Shown here piece after piece: positions 36,930-50,919 of a stretch of 64,000 nucleotides of DNA; position 1 is the first letter of the stretch, and each line of letters opens with the position of its first letter. The notes beneath the pieces are model-generated. The model was not told the origin of the DNA. It made no database searches and saw only the letters and a program-made list of their open reading frames with translations. Both the position numbers and the translations under genes were made by a program. The DNA comes from Malacoraja senta (lineage: Eukaryota), in the NCBI GenBank assembly GCA_038087875.1, contig CM075990.1, positions 9,240,001-9,304,000 on the forward strand. Direction: 5' to 3'.

Positions 36930-37610
36930 GGAATGCGACAATTAAGAAGCAGAAGTGGCAGAGAATATGTGATATATGGGAGTCTTTAAAGGCCACCTGG
37001 TTAAAGTTCAGGACCAGCATGTTCCAGTGACAAATGGAAATAAGGATGGCTAGGTTCAGAAACATTGGATGACAAGAGATATTGCAAATGTAGTCACAAA
37101 GTAAATAGCAGGATATGTGAGGTTAAGGAAGCTGAAATCAAACAAAGCCGCTGAGAGACATGAAGGAGCAGGAAAGAATTTAAACAAGGACCCATGGTAC
37201 ATTGTGGCAAGTAGGATTAAGGGAAAAACCCAAGGCATTTTACACATAAACCAGGTGCAATAGGGTAGCTAGGGAAAGGGTTCGGTGAACCATGGGCAAA
37301 GGAGGGAATTTATGCATGGGCCTGATGAATTTAGCAAGGTCATTAGTGAGGCTTTGCTGGGTAAAATTTAGGAAATAGCAATGATGACATTGTAAGACTT
37401 AAGGTAGCTATAGAAAAGGAGATGTTGTGATTTAAAGTAAAAATTATGAATCTGAGGAAGACCGATTGCAAACGGATGAGAGTGTCTCTGGCGCAGGTAA
37501 ACTGGAACCAAAAATTGACAGGCAAAACTAATGGAATAATGGACTGCCTTTCAGGAAGAGGTGGTTCAAATACAGCAGAGGCACATTCCCATGGATTTCC
37601 ACTCTCCTGG
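36930..37610 (+). mobile_element. Old CR1 ORF2 fragments
   Basis: Degenerate CR1-like segments (ACATTGGATGACAAGAGATATTG; AGGATTAAGGGAAAAACCCAAGGCATTTTAC). Confidence 0.55.
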
Positions 37611-37904
37611 GACAACATAACAGTGATACAAAGGCTTCAAATTTAAAGGCAAGGAGGTGGCACACTTAGGGCTCATACAGCAGTCCAGTGTTGTGGCAAA
37701 ATATGACGATTATGCAAAGTCACATTGCCGTTATAAGTTAGAACATGAAAATCATTGTGGACAAGTCACGCGAGTGTCATGTTCAATATCACTCTACCAA
37801 ATTGATTCAACAACTCAACCATTTTGTATGTCGTGATTTTGAGGGAAATATTGAAAGGAAAATTAGGAAATTCCCTGCGTTGCTTTCAGTATTATCAGAT
37901 GCCC

Positions 37905-38040
37905 TATCAGAATGACAGCATCTCTGCCAATGTACCCTCACATCTGGACTGAAGTGTCCATTTAGATTATGTGCACGAGTCCCGAAACTGGATCTGAACA
38001 TAAAAACTTCAGATGTAGAGGAAAGATACTCTAAATTAAG
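37905..38040 (-). mobile_element. Ancient SINE head remnant (LF-SINE/SacSINE-like)
   Basis: Weak recalled similarity (GACAGCATCTCTG...GAAGTGTC..TAGATTATGTGC); not aligned computationally. Confidence 0.35.
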
Positions 38041-38802
38041 CCAATGTACGAAGAGAGCTCATTAAAGCAATCTAAATTTTCATAAATCTTGTCTACCCAA
38101 GATATGTGATTCACTCACTTTCAAGAAGATTCTGTGCAGGAAAATAGCATCTTGCAGAGATCAGGGACTACGATGAAAAAGTAAAATAGATTACAAAATA
38201 ACATAAACCTTGGGATAATACAACTGTCCGAGGAGGTTTTGGTTAATGAGGCTTGTCTGCATCAAAGCAAGATTGTATTTCATTCATAAGAAGGGGTTTT
38301 ATATTTTAAATGCACTAATGTTGGAAATAATAGGAATAGAATTGCAGTGGCCTCAAGCAATCCTCTACCCACATCATGAAGCACCGTGACATACATCATT
38401 TCAAGTGCCTGTGCAGATTGCCATGGCAGAATAATGGCACCAACTTTAAGTCTTTACGTGGTAACAGCTTCTGCTTTATAAAGGTCCATGGCAAGGACAG
38501 CATCGGCAAACACAGAAAATAAAGTTGACGTATAGTACCGGTGGTACAATGACACAGCACATAATACTTCTGTGTCACAATTTCAGCACTGGATTTGACC
38601 TGGTTACAGGGAAATAAGTGTGTGGGGGGGGGGGGGGGGGGAAGAGGAATGGTATCATTCGGATCCTCAGTCTAGACATGATGGGTTGAATGGCCTCTTT
38701 CTACAATTTGAAGAAATATGAAACATTTTACTAAATAGTGGAGCAGGCTGAATAACATAATGACAAGCAGGCTAAATGTAATACAACACCAAACTTAAAT
38801 AT

Positions 38803-39788
38803 TAATAATAATAATAATAATAGATTTTATTTATATAGCGCTTTTCAGGACTCAAAGTCGCTTTACAATTGAGAGTCAGGAATAAACAAAACAAAATAGA
38901 GCAGTAAGACAGAGGGGGGGGGGAACATGGGACTAAGGGTATGCAGAGGTGAAGAGATGGGTCTTGAGGCGGGACTGGAAGATGGTGAGGGACTCAGAAT
39001 TTCGGACCGGTTGTGGGAGGGAATTCCAGAGCCTGGGAGCTGCCCTGGAGAAGGCTCTGCCTCCAAAAGTGCAGAGGTTTGATTTCGGAGTGGAGAGGAG
39101 ACCAGCTGATGTGGATCTGAGGGACCGTGAGGGTTGGTAGGGGGAGAGGAGGTCAATGAGATAAGGGGGGGCCAGGTTGTTGAGAGCTTTGTAGGTGAGG
39201 ACCAGGATTTTGTAGGTGATCCGGTGGGAAATGGGAAGCCAGTGAAGTTCTTTGAGAACTGGGGTGATGTGGTGCCAGGATTTGGTGTGGGTAATGAGTC
39301 GAGCGGCTGCATTTTGGACCAGTTGGAGTCGTTTGATGCTGCTGGAATTGATTCCGAAAAGAAGAGAGTTACAGTAGTCCAGTCGGGAGGAGATGAAGGC
39401 ATGGATGAGTCTTTCAGCAGCGGGGGGTGTGAGAGACGATCTGATTTTTGCAATGTTGCGGAGGTGAAAAAATGATGTTTTGACAACATGGCGGATGTGA
39501 GGCTCAAGGGAGAGGGTTGAGTCAAGGATCACGCCAAGGTTGCGTGCCTGAGGAGATGGGGAGACAGTGGTGCCGTCGATAGTGAGAGTGGGGTTGTTAA
39601 TTTTAGTGAGTGTTGATTTGGAGCCAATGAGGAGAAATTCTGTTTTGCTACTGTTTAATTTAAGGAAGTTGAGTTGCATCCAAGATTTGATGGCTGATAG
39701 GCAGGAGTTGATATGGGAGAGAGGGGGGTGGTGGGGGGACTTGGTGCTGAGATAGATCTGGGTGTCATCAGCATAGCAGTGGAAGCTG
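38803..39788 (-). mobile_element. L2-clade LINE, 5'-truncated, ORF2 end uninterrupted
   Basis: FHCYADDTQIY, RNLGVILD, SRLDYCNSL, LHWLPI, APRLWNSLP; tail TGTAAAGCGACTTTGAGTCCTGAAAAGCGCTATATAAATAAAATC(TAT)n. Confidence 0.93.
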
Positions 39789-42164
39789 CATGGTTGATTA
39801 ATTTGGCAAAATAGAAAAGTTTGCTTCAGGTTGGTATCTGATAATAATTCAATGCCATTTCCCAAAACAGGTGATAGAAACATAAGGTGGCAAATCTAAT
39901 AATTTGACAACATACTCCAGGCTTAAATTGTTGATAATTATAAAGTAGCCCTAATCCTTTCAAAAGGATACTTTGTAACTAACAATTGTTCCACTCTTTC
40001 AATTAATTGTTATAAAATATATTTTGGAAAGCAAATAACATACTTTATTAATCAAGGTTTGTGTCAGTGTTACATAATTTAACAGTGTATACCTTTCACA
40101 CTCTGAAGAATAATTTATTCTCCAGTTCATGTGCCTTTTTTAATTCTCCCATCCTAATCAATCCTTCCACTTCCATAGAGCAATTGGAATTTAGGCTCGT
40201 TAATAATGGATTACTCTAATGTTACTTGAGGCGAAAATACTGATTTGGTTTCTATATGAATCTTCCCAGCCAAGAACTGGAATTAAGAATGCAAGTTCCT
40301 CAAAAAGTCCAAAATATACATTACTACATCAAAGGGTTTCATGTGTGAAAAAACCTGATTATGAGCTCTTTAGGTAGTTCAGTGTTATGAGAACAGTAAA
40401 TAATCGAGTTACTTTAAGAACTGTTAGAGTTTCATTCTACCTGTAACTCACCATATGTGCATATGACAATAAGCTCAACTGGACTTGATGTATACAAGAT
40501 AAACCTGGTAATGTCAATGGCAAGTTGTAACTCATGAAACAAAGTTTAAAATATGGTCGACTGGTGAAAAATCATAACTGCAAAGAAGTTCCTCTACTCT
40601 TTCAATGTTCAGATAAATTGATGGAAGCAATTGCAGATGGCAACAGAGTTTTTCTGCAGCCTCCAAAGGTTGTTACATAACTACCAGTAGTTGCAAGTTT
40701 TATACTTAGACTGCATACCAATCACAACTATGCATTAAGTATAACCAGAGGTTGCTTTTGGCTTTGGAGAATTGAAACCCCATCCACCATTTCACTGAGA
40801 AGCATCAGAGAAAAAAGTTCTGTTGAATTTTGCTTTTTAAGTGTGGAGATGTTGAACTTAGATATTGATCCAAAAATAGTGTATGTTTAGTGTGTATTTT
40901 AAAGTGTGGAGAACCAAGTAGCACATTTGAGGAAAGGATGGATAATAGTAAGATATTTTAGAGAATCAATATAATTTATCCTGCAGGTTTTATTACAGGT
41001 GTAAAAGGTAATGGATGGGACACCACCAAAATGGACTGATGTAAAAGCATTTGACAGAATGGCTAAGCATTGTCATAATAAAAATAATTGACGCTGTTTT
41101 GGCAGACAAAGCATTTGGTACATATTTCAATTTCTGTTACTTCCATGAGCTCCTGGAGTTGGGATGTTCATTAAATTTTATACATGACAGGCAAGATCCA
41201 GATTCGTTTAAATAATTCTGAAACTCCCAAATCACCCAGGCTATGCAAGCGACTCTAAATGCCTTCCCCTTCAGGGATAGGGAATCTGCAACGGCTTTGG
41301 TCTCACCAATATCAGCAATATCATAATTTAATATAATTATGTTTAATAATTAATGTTAAAATAATTGAACAAGCAAAAACTGTGTCTGAACAGTTATTCA
41401 TCAATATATTTTATTTTTCAAAACAACTATAACCTAAATGCCCAGGAAATTGATCTCTCTCAATGAAATGAGAAAGGCTATTGCTAGTTGCCACTAGTGA
41501 ATCCAACCTTGAAGAGAACAATAATGTGCAGCTTATTAAGCAGAATATACACTGAACACAGACAGTAATGTTGGACCATGATTATTTCATTTAACATCTA
41601 CATCATTAGTGGCATTCTTGTGATTATTTTAAAATATTAAAAATACAAAGTAATGTTTTATTTATAACATAGAGAAGAAATGTGATAAAACAAAATGGTT
41701 TTGCACAAATGGTTCACCCTCTTCAGCAAGCAGCCTGAACCGATCAGAAATCTGCATTAAAATGCGAAATGTGTTATCTGGGGAGGGAAAAAAAATCATT
41801 CTTCCCTCTACAATTCTTTGATTTAACAGGGCCCGAGTGGAATCCAGAAAATAAATCACTACCTAACCAAACAGGAAAAAATAAAAACCTTCTGATTATC
41901 AATTTGGCAGAAATCTAAAAAGTAGCATAATAATTTTTAAACCAGGAAAAAGCAGAGACTGAATATTCTTAGCCAGTCTCAAAGTTAAAACTGAGTTAAA
42001 TCTGGTTCTTTTAATGTCAGATCATAAGAAGCATTCAAAAAATCTTAAATTATCAAGAGATTTTTATTATTGGAATTTTAGTGTTATATCTCAGATATTT
42101 ATTTCAACCTTTAACCAGAAGGAATGACCATCTTTAAATAGGCTGTTTTATTGTCTTAAATGTA

Positions 42165-42372
42165 ATAGGAAGGAACTGCAGATGCTAGTTTCTACCAAAG
42201 ATAGACAAAAAATGCTGAAGTAACTCAGTGGGTCAAGTAACATCTCTGGAGAAAATTGATAGGTGACGTATGGACAGAATCTCAAGAAGGGTCCCAACTC
42301 CAAATGTTACCTACATTTACTCAACAGATGCTGGCTGACCTGTTGAGTTACTCCAGCATTTTGTGTCTATCA
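42165..42372. mobile_element. Inverted pair of Penelope-like termini
   Basis: GATAGACAAAAAATGCTGAAGTAACTCAG ... GAGTTACTCCAGCATTTTGTGTCTATC are reverse complements. Confidence 0.7.
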
Positions 42373-42611
42373 TCTGTTTTAATGTTTATTTGGCTGATTT
42401 GAAGTCAACTCCATAGCCTGGGAAGTAAAATTTGGTCAGTTTGTCAATCAAAATTACAAGATTTATACATTTATTGATCACCAACTAATGTTTAGAGCAA
42501 AACAAACACAAATTAGATAAAGCAAATGCTAGAAATCACCAATTGAAACTGCTGGACTTAGATGTTCTGCCACTAGATGTCAGTAATATTTGTATATTAA
42601 GTTTAATGGTA

Positions 42612-43065
42612 TTTCCGGATTCAGGGACAATTTCTTCCAAGCTGTTATCAGGCAACTGAAACGTTCTCTCACCAGTTGGAGTGCGGACCTGACATCTCAT
42701 CTACCTCACTGGAGACCTTTGAACTATCTTTAACGGATTGTATCTTGCACTACATGTTATACCCTTTATCCTGGATCATTATACTATGGATGGCTTGATG
42801 GTAATCATGAAAAACGTGAGCTCCCAGTTCAAGAACAGCTTCTACTCAATAACCATCAGGATCTTTAACTCGACAAAACACTAACTAAACCATGAATTGT
42901 CATGGTTGCAACTACACTGGGCTTTTTGCACTAATGATTTTTATTAATTTATTGAATTTCTAAAAATTATGTTATTAATGAGTACTGCGTTTACAAGCAG
43001 GTTATGCTGTTGCAAGGAAGAATTTCATTGTTCTGTTGTCAATACCTAGGACAATTAAACACTCA
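42612..43065 (+). mobile_element. Rex1/Babar 3' end fragments
   Basis: GATTCAGGGACAATTTCTTCCAAGCTGTTATCAGG and GTTCAAGAACAGCTTCTAC; tail GGAAGAATTTCATTGTTC...GACAATTAAAC. Confidence 0.6.
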
Positions 43066-43119
43066 TGAAGCTCTACATAATTTAACAATATCATCTCATC
43101 TTTAACCCTAAAGATGAGA

Positions 43120-43778
43120 TGATATTCCTGATCAATTCGTCCCTTCCCACCCAAACCACCTCCTCCCCTAGTACTTTCCCTTGCAACCGCAGGAAATGCT
43201 ACACTTGTCGCTTTACCTCTCACCTCGGCTCCATCCAAGGACCCAAGCATTCTTTCCAGGTGAGGCAGAGGTTCACCTGCACCTCCTCCAACCTCATCTA
43301 TTGCATCCGCTGTTCCAGGTGTCAACTGCTCTACATTGGTGAGACCAAGAGCAGGCTTGGCGATCGCTTCGCCCAACATCTCTGCTCAGTTCGCATTAAC
43401 CAACCTGATCTCCCAGTGGCTCAGCACTTCTACTCCCCCTCCCATTCTGAATCCGACCTTTCTGTCCTGGGCCTCCTCCATGGCCAGAGTGAGTGCCACC
43501 ACAAATTGTAGGAGCAGCACCTCATATTTCACTTGGGTAGTTTACACCCCAGTGGTATGAACATTGACCTCCAACTTCAGGTAGTCTTTGCTTTCTCCCT
43601 CCTTCCCTTCCCCTTCCCAGCTCTCCCACAACCTACTGTCTCCGCCTCTTCCTTTCTTTTTCCCGCCCCCCCCCCGACATCAGTCTGAAGAAGGATCTCG
43701 ACATGAAACGTCGCCTATTCATTCGCTCCATAGATGCTGCCTCACCCGCTGAGTTTCTCCAGCATTTTTGTCTACCTT
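43120..43778 (+). mobile_element. Penelope-like element (GIY-YIG endonuclease plus terminus)
   Basis: CNRRKCYTC, NLIYCIRCSRCQLLYIGETK; hammerhead-like core at 43685-43712; AACCCTAAA on both flanks. Confidence 0.9.
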
Positions 43779-43827
43779 CAACCCTAAACATATTCGTTTT
43801 AAAAACAATCATTAACTGTCACATAAG

Positions 43828-43935
43828 GGTGACACGATGATGAAGCTAATGGTGCTGCTGCCTCACAGCACAGGGATTCAATTGTGACCACCAGTACAGT
43901 CTGTGTGGTGTTGTGTCCCATGACTGCATGGATTC
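43828..43935 (+). mobile_element. Degraded V-SINE/HE1 head
   Basis: GCTGCTGCCTCACAGC...GTCTGTGTGG...CCCATGACTGCATGG resembles the SINE at 2167. Confidence 0.5.
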
Positions 43936-44625
43936 CAGAAGCCTTAAATGTGATTCGACCTACAAGCTACGAAAGGTTAATGAAGATCCGGCAGAAGTGA
44001 ATGCAAGTCGCTAGCCGGTTCAAGTTTAATCCAGCCCACTAGTTTGACTCTTTGTACATCTTCATTTATTACGCACACATGGTGGCGATACAAAAAAATC
44101 ACATTATACCTCTTATATACCACTATAACACTAGTCAGCTATGCTTTTCCTTGTTTCAATGAGAATGTGCAAAATATAAATAATACCAGCATAAAACAGC
44201 TGGGCATCAAATGAGAACAGTCTGGTGATTATACATTAAAGTTTAACCCTGATCCAAATTAAACTATTAGATCTTTCTAATAACCTATTATACAACTAGC
44301 TTTCAACATCCAAAACCCCCCATTTCTGATAAAACTGAAAAATGGGGATTTATATTCTGAAATGGGCAAAAGGGGCAACTGTTTTATATGCAGCTCGTAT
44401 CCCCCAATTCAGACTAAGTTTGCAGAGTCAACAAACCACATTAGCACTTTACTATCAATTATTATCCACCTTCCATCTTCAATTATGTGATATTTAAAAG
44501 TCAACTTTCTATTCTAAATTTAAGTGTTTCCAAATACAGATTTAAAATCAATGTCAATGCAATAGAAAGAACAGGAAAGAGGAAATGTATAAGCTGCAAC
44601 ACAAAACCATGAGTTACATAGCACA

Positions 44626-46530
44626 TCACTCAGTGCAGCACAGGAATAGGCCCTCAGCCCATAATATCTGCCAATCATGATGCTAAATTAAACTACTGCG
44701 TCCGGCCTGCACGCGATCCATATGGAACCACACCCTGCATATTCATGTGCCCATCTAAAAGCCTCTTAAACGCTACTATTGTATCTGTTTCCACTACCAC
44801 CCTTGCTCCACACATCTCCTTTAATCTTCCACCCTCCCCCTCTGACCTTAAAGCTATCCTCTCGTAATGACAGTTCCATCTTGGGGAAAAAAGTTCTTCC
44901 GATTGACCATATCTAATGTCTCTCATAATTTTATAACCAATGCAGAAAAAACAATCCCAGTTTGTCTAACCTCTCACATTTATGAGTAAATCCTGACCTA
45001 GTTTGTCCTGTCGAAATGCAATACCTCATGTTTTTCTGAATTAAACTCCATTTTCCACTACTCAGCTTATTACCTCAGTTAATCAAGATGCTATTGTATT
45101 TATAGATAACCTTCTTCACGATCTACACCACCAATTTTTGTGTCATTCACTATTTTATTAAACACACTACATATATTCACATCCAAATCATTATTAAACA
45201 GCAATGCACCCAGCACTGATCCCAGTGGTACACTATTCATAACAGGCCTCTGGTCTGAAAAACAATCCTCTACTGCCACCATCTGTTTCCTCCCTTCAAA
45301 CCAATTCTGTATTCAATTGGCAATTCAGGATACCACATGATCTATCCTTTCAGACCATTCTACCATGCAGTACTTCATCAAATGTCTAGCTCATGTCTAA
45401 ATAGACAGCGTCTACTGTAATATTCTCGTTGATTTTCTTGGTCATCGTCTCAAAAAATGCAATCAAATTGGCCAGATGCAGAAACTAAGCTAAATTACCC
45501 ACCATTGATGTAAGGCCCACAAAAATGCTGGAGAAACTCAGCGGGTGCAGCAGCATCTATGGAGTGAAGGAAATAGGCAACATTTCGGGCCGAAACCCTT
45601 CTTCAGACTGATAGGGGGTGGGGAGAAGAAAAGAAAATGGAAAAAAGGCGGAGGAGGAGCCCAAGGGCTGGGGGATGGGAGGAAACAACCAGAGGGTTGA
45701 TGAAGGAGAGGGGACAGCAAGGGCTAGCAGAATTGGGAGAATTCAATGTTCAAGATGTAAGGCCCACTGGTCTATAGTTCTCAGGCATTTTCTTGTAGCC
45801 TTATTTAAATAAAGCACAATATTGGTCCCCCTCCAGTCTCCTGGCACCTTACCCATGCTGCTTATGATACGTCCCCCTGCCAGGGACCCCACAATTTCTT
45901 CCCAAACATCTTACAATGTGCTGGGATACAATTGAACAGGTTCAGGGGATGCATCTTCTGTTATACTTTTTAAGACCTCCAGCCCGTTCTCTTCTGTAAT
46001 GTCAACTCTCTTCAATACATCAATCTTGACTTCTCCAAGTTGCCGAGCATCCATGTCTTTCACCACAGTAAATACAAATGAGAAATGCTCATTTAACACA
46101 TAGCCCATCTATGCCTCCATACAGAGGCAACTTCTTTGACTATTGAGGGGTTCTATTCTCTTTTTGCTCTTAATATCCTTGTAGAACCTCTTTGGATTCT
46201 CCTTTACTTTATCTACCAAAGTAATTTCACGTCCACTTTTGCCCTCCTGATTTCCCTCCTATATCCTGCAGCTCCCATAATCCTCAAGTGATTCACTTGA
46301 TTCTAGCTGCGTAAACCTAACATGCCTCTTTTTTTTTAACCAGAGACTCAATATCTCTTATCTTCCAGGTTTCCCCGTTCCTGCCAGCCTTGCCCTTCCC
46401 TCTAACAGGAACATGCTGCCATGAACCCTTGCTAATTCATGTGTAAAATTTCCCTCCCACTTATCCTGATGCCCTAGATCTGCAAACAGCCTTCCCCAAT
46501 CAACTTCTGAAAGTTCCTGTCTGGTACCAC
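44626..46530 (-). mobile_element. CR1 LINE fragments, interrupted by a Penelope piece
   Basis: SVPLGSVLG, DTKIGG, VLNEHFSFVFT motifs; CR1 tail near 44640. Confidence 0.75.
45521..45753 (-). mobile_element. Penelope-like 3' fragment
   Basis: 14-bp TSD GATGTAAGGCCCAC (45507-45520, 45754-45767); hammerhead-like core. Confidence 0.88.
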
Positions 46531-46699
46531 AAATTGGTACTAAACAACTAATACCACTGAACATAAATTTAGGAATTCAATTATTGGACCAGTCCTATCC
46601 TAGCAAAATTAAGGAGATTCATTCCCATTTCAAATGTGCGCCCTACCACTACATCATATTAAGCTAAGACCCAAGGTGAACAAAATATTTTACTCAACT

Positions 46700-48160
46700 T
46701 TAAAAAAAGACAAATATAAATGGTGCTCTATGCGAACATGCAAAATATTCATAATAAAGTTGATGAAATCAAAGCGTAAATCGATATATATGAGTACAAT
46801 ATTATTGCCACGGTTATAGGATGGCCAGGGTTGCGAACTCAATGTTTAGAAAGGACAAAAAAAAATAAAGGAGTTGCTGTGACATTGTAAGGAAAGTGTG
46901 AAATCAAAGCAACAGCATGAAAAGAATATTACCTTGGAAAATTAAGATGATGCATCAGTCTGGGGTAACCAAGAATCACCAAGAAGCTGAAAACGAGTAA
47001 TCAGGATATCCATTGAAGATACAGCAGGCAGTTAAGGCAGCAAATGATAATGAAAGCCTCCAGGAAAAAGGTTTTCAATACAAGAATATCTAACCATATT
47101 TATACCGGTAATTGGTGAGACCACATTTGGAGAATAAGGTTCAGTTTATATTTATCTACCTAAAGGACACATTTGCCACAGAGGGATGCAACCAAGGTTT
47201 ACCAGACTGATGGCAGCACAAGATGCTGCACATGCTGTAATCTGTAACGAGAAAAAAGAACTGCTGGAGGAACTGACCAGTCAGACAGCATCTGTGGAAA
47301 GAAATTGGTTGTTGATTTTTCAGGTCGAGATTCTTCACCTAGAATGAGTAAAAGTTGAGTGGGAGTAGCCAGTGCAAAGAGGTGCGTGGTGAGTTTCTCC
47401 AGCTGCTCGCCTATTTTTTCTTGTGCATATTCCAATATCTGCAGTCTCATGTCTCCATTTTACTGCTCCAGTGCAAAGTCTCTTCAAGGCAGCCCACTTT
47501 GAAGAGGTTTTCCTCCTCTTTGATGGACTTTTAGTGATTTCCACTCCTCTTCAATGCTTCAACTATGTTCTCACCCAGACTTGTTACCACATCCACAGAT
47601 CTTTCCTCAGCAGTCATCTTCATTGCCATCTTGTCCTGCATGACTTCCAACTTCATTTCCTCCCCCTCCCCACATTTTTCAATCTTATTGCCTCTACTAA
47701 TTCCAGTCCAGATGAAGGATCTTCCCATCAGAGATGCGGTCTGACCCGCTGACCCCATTAGCTTTCCGTTGGTTTAAACCATACTGGTTATAGGATAGTG
47801 GAAATGTTGTACCAGGAGAGACTAGGCAGACATTCACTGTAGTTTTGAGAAAGGAGTGATCTCAATGGATTGTGCAAACATTTGACAGAGTTTTACTGGC
47901 AAGATGGGGGGAGGTTTGTTTGGCTGGAGAGTCTAAGGAAAGGAATCATGGTCTCAAGATACAACCAAAACATTTTTAGATGAGGGGAAAACATCTTCAT
48001 CAGAGGGTAGTAAACCTGTGGATCTGTTAAAGGCTGCACATACCAAGTTGATGAATATTTTTAAGAAAGTGAAAGATAAATTTCTAATCACCAAAAGGAA
48101 TCAAAATGTTTTGGGAGAAAGCAGAAAGCAAATGGCCTACTCCTGCTACTTTTCTATGCC
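46700..48160 (+). mobile_element. Old CR1 fragments with an embedded Penelope-like piece (~47220-47755)
   Basis: GTGAGACCACATTTGGAG (VRPHLE); tail ATGGCCTACTCCTGCT. Confidence 0.55.
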
Positions 48161-49772
48161 CCACTACTACTGAAAACACATTGTCATCTATCAAATACAT
48201 TGATCCATGACCAGAGTGGGGAAGTCAAGTGTCATCAGGGCACAAAGGAGTAATTGAAACAAAGACCAGTGAGGGCCATGTAGGAGGGGACATGTCACAT
48301 GTGGTGGGAGGAGTGGAGGGATACACCCCTCCCACCATCCATTTACGGTGTGCATCATTCGCAGGACTCCTTTATACAAATGAAATTTGCACATGCCAAA
48401 AATGAGTGATGCATGGAATTTGAAGTCACTCCACATATCCAGCAAATTCCAATACACAAAATCCAAAACACAATATAAATACATGAAGTTTAGAACAGAT
48501 TCAGCAAACTGAACAACCCACACAGCCAACCTGATGTCACGAAGTATTCTTGTTTCCATTTAAATTCTGTTGAATGTCTAACAAAGCATTGCAAAATACA
48601 AAGGAACCTGTAGACCATTATGTCCTCACAAAACTGTTTTGTGTAAGGTGCAATGGCATTGCAATAAATGCGGTTATTTACTATCTGGATTGAGTCTTCC
48701 CACTCCTTAAAATCAGTGACAGCAGCAACCAAGCTATAAATCCAACACAGATTTTGGTTCAGGTCCATGACACTCCACAAGTGTTCCAAACTTTGGGCAA
48801 GTCAATAGAAAACAACAATACAGCTATTATAGATGATGCATCAAATGCTATTCTCATACACCTCGTGTCTGGCGACTGCTGAGTTCTGTGACCAATTCAT
48901 TCAGCCTGCAGCCTTCGAAATGATCTGCAAGGACTTGTCTAAGTGGGAAAGTGGTTCAAAAATGATTTAGGATAAATGAATAGAGTATACTATCTGACCA
49001 CAATTGCCAGCCTAATATTGGACACGGGGATGTGCAAACCAAATCTAATAGTAAGATTATTTCCAACTGCCTGCTGCTGGAGAAAACAACTAAAATTATG
49101 ATTGCAGCCAAGAAATACATTCCTGCATCTACACAACATCATGCTCTGGAAAGCTTTTAAGAAATATTTTCTGGAAAAAACAGCTGCTTAGAAATTTTAT
49201 ATAGACGACTGCAAATTTCATTTCGTTCATTCACTGCAGTAAATTCGTTAAATTTAAAAGAAGAATTTGTGAAAATGTGCATCATAACCAAATGACTTCC
49301 CAAGTAATTGTTTAACCAACATTGATCCCAAGAGGTAGACGAAAAAGGATGTTAAATAAATGTGATCAATGGTTTTATATGATCAATTTACTACAGTTTC
49401 ATACTTCTTTGAGAATCCTTCAGAATATTCTGTAATTAGTTCCCAGGCATTGGCCAATTGTTGCATATTTAATAAAGTTTCTGCGAAAAAGTACTTTCTA
49501 ATTTCATTCCTCATTGGTTTAGTAACTACCTTTAAACACACATTTTATTTAACTCCTAACTTTGGATGTACAACACTCACAAATGTTTTTTTTAAACATA
49601 CTGCCAATCAGTATTTCTTTATTGTCCTTTTCTCCCATCTCAAACCAATTACTATCCAATATGACAAGGTTACCTTCAATTCCATACTCCATTTACCCAA
49701 CTGTTTGTTACGTGAATGTTTTTTTCAAGTAACTTCACAAAGCACTACAAAGAGCACATTCAAAGATACTTC

Positions 49773-50705
49773 ATTCTTCAGGGAACGGGGGTTCCCCTCC
49801 TCCACCATAGATGAGGCTCGCACCAGGGTCTCTGCCATACCCCGCAACACTGCTCTCTCTCCCCGTCCCCCCCACTCACAACAAGGGCAGAGTTCCCCTA
49901 GTCCTCACCTTTCACCCCACCAGCCGTCACATACAACAAGTGATCCTCCGTCAGTTTTGCCACCTCCAACGTGACCCCACCACTCGCCACATCTTCCCAT
50001 CTCCCCCCATGTCTGCCTTCCGCAAAGACCGCTCCCTCCATAACTCCCTTGTCAATTCTTCCCTTCCCTCCCGTACCACCCCCTCCCCGGGTACTTTCCC
50101 TTGCAACCGCAAGAGATGCAACACTTGTCCCTTCACCTCCCCCCTCGATTCCATTCAAGGACCCAAGCAGTCGTTCCAGGTGCGACAGAGATTCACCTGC
50201 ATCTCCTCCAACCTCATCTATTGCATCCGCTGCTCTAGATGTCAGCTGAACTACATCGGTGAGACCAAGCGTAGGCTTGGCGATCATTTCGCCGAACATC
50301 TCCGGTCGGTCTGCAATAACCTACCTGACCTCCCGGTGGCTCAGCACTTCAACTCCCCCTCCCATTCCGTATCTGACCTCTCTGTCCTGGGTCTCCTCCA
50401 TGGCCACAGCGAGCAATACCGGAAATTGGAGGAATAGCACCTCATATTCCGCTTGGGCAGTCTACATCCTGGGGATGTTGAATTCTCCCAACTCTGCTAG
50501 CCCTTGCTGTCCCCTCCCCTTCAGCAGCCCTCTGGTTGTCTCCTCCCATCCCCCCGCCCTCGGGCTCCTCCGCCTTTTTTCCTTTTTTTCCTTTCTTCTC
50601 CCCACCCCCTATCAGTCGAAGAAGGGTTTTCGCCCAAAACGTTGCCTATTTCCTTCGCTCCATAGATGCTGCTGCACCCGCTGAGTTTCTCCAGCATTTT
50701 TGTGT
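49773..50705 (+). mobile_element. Penelope-like element (GIY-YIG plus terminus)
   Basis: 17-bp TSD ACATTCAAAGATACTTC (49756-49772, 50706-50722); VPLVLTFHP, NLIYCIRC...YIGETKRRLGDHF. Confidence 0.92.
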
Positions 50706-50919
50706 ACATTCAAAGATACTTCCCTACTGACCATACTTGTGTCCAGCCAGGTTATAGATCAGCAAAATCACATGAAAGCAGCATGAAAGCCACAGAAGGA
50801 ATACAAACCAATTCCTTATGCCAAGGATAACACTGTGAGGAAAACCAAAACAACCTCCAATTCAAAGGCACCGTTAATAAAGGAAGGTGCATTGGAACCC
50901 CGCAGAGCATTTGTTTTGA

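Noticed and set aside
48191..48789. Two overlapping minus-strand ORFs (122 and 99 aa)
   Set aside because: No recognisable domain; at most decayed LINE sequence
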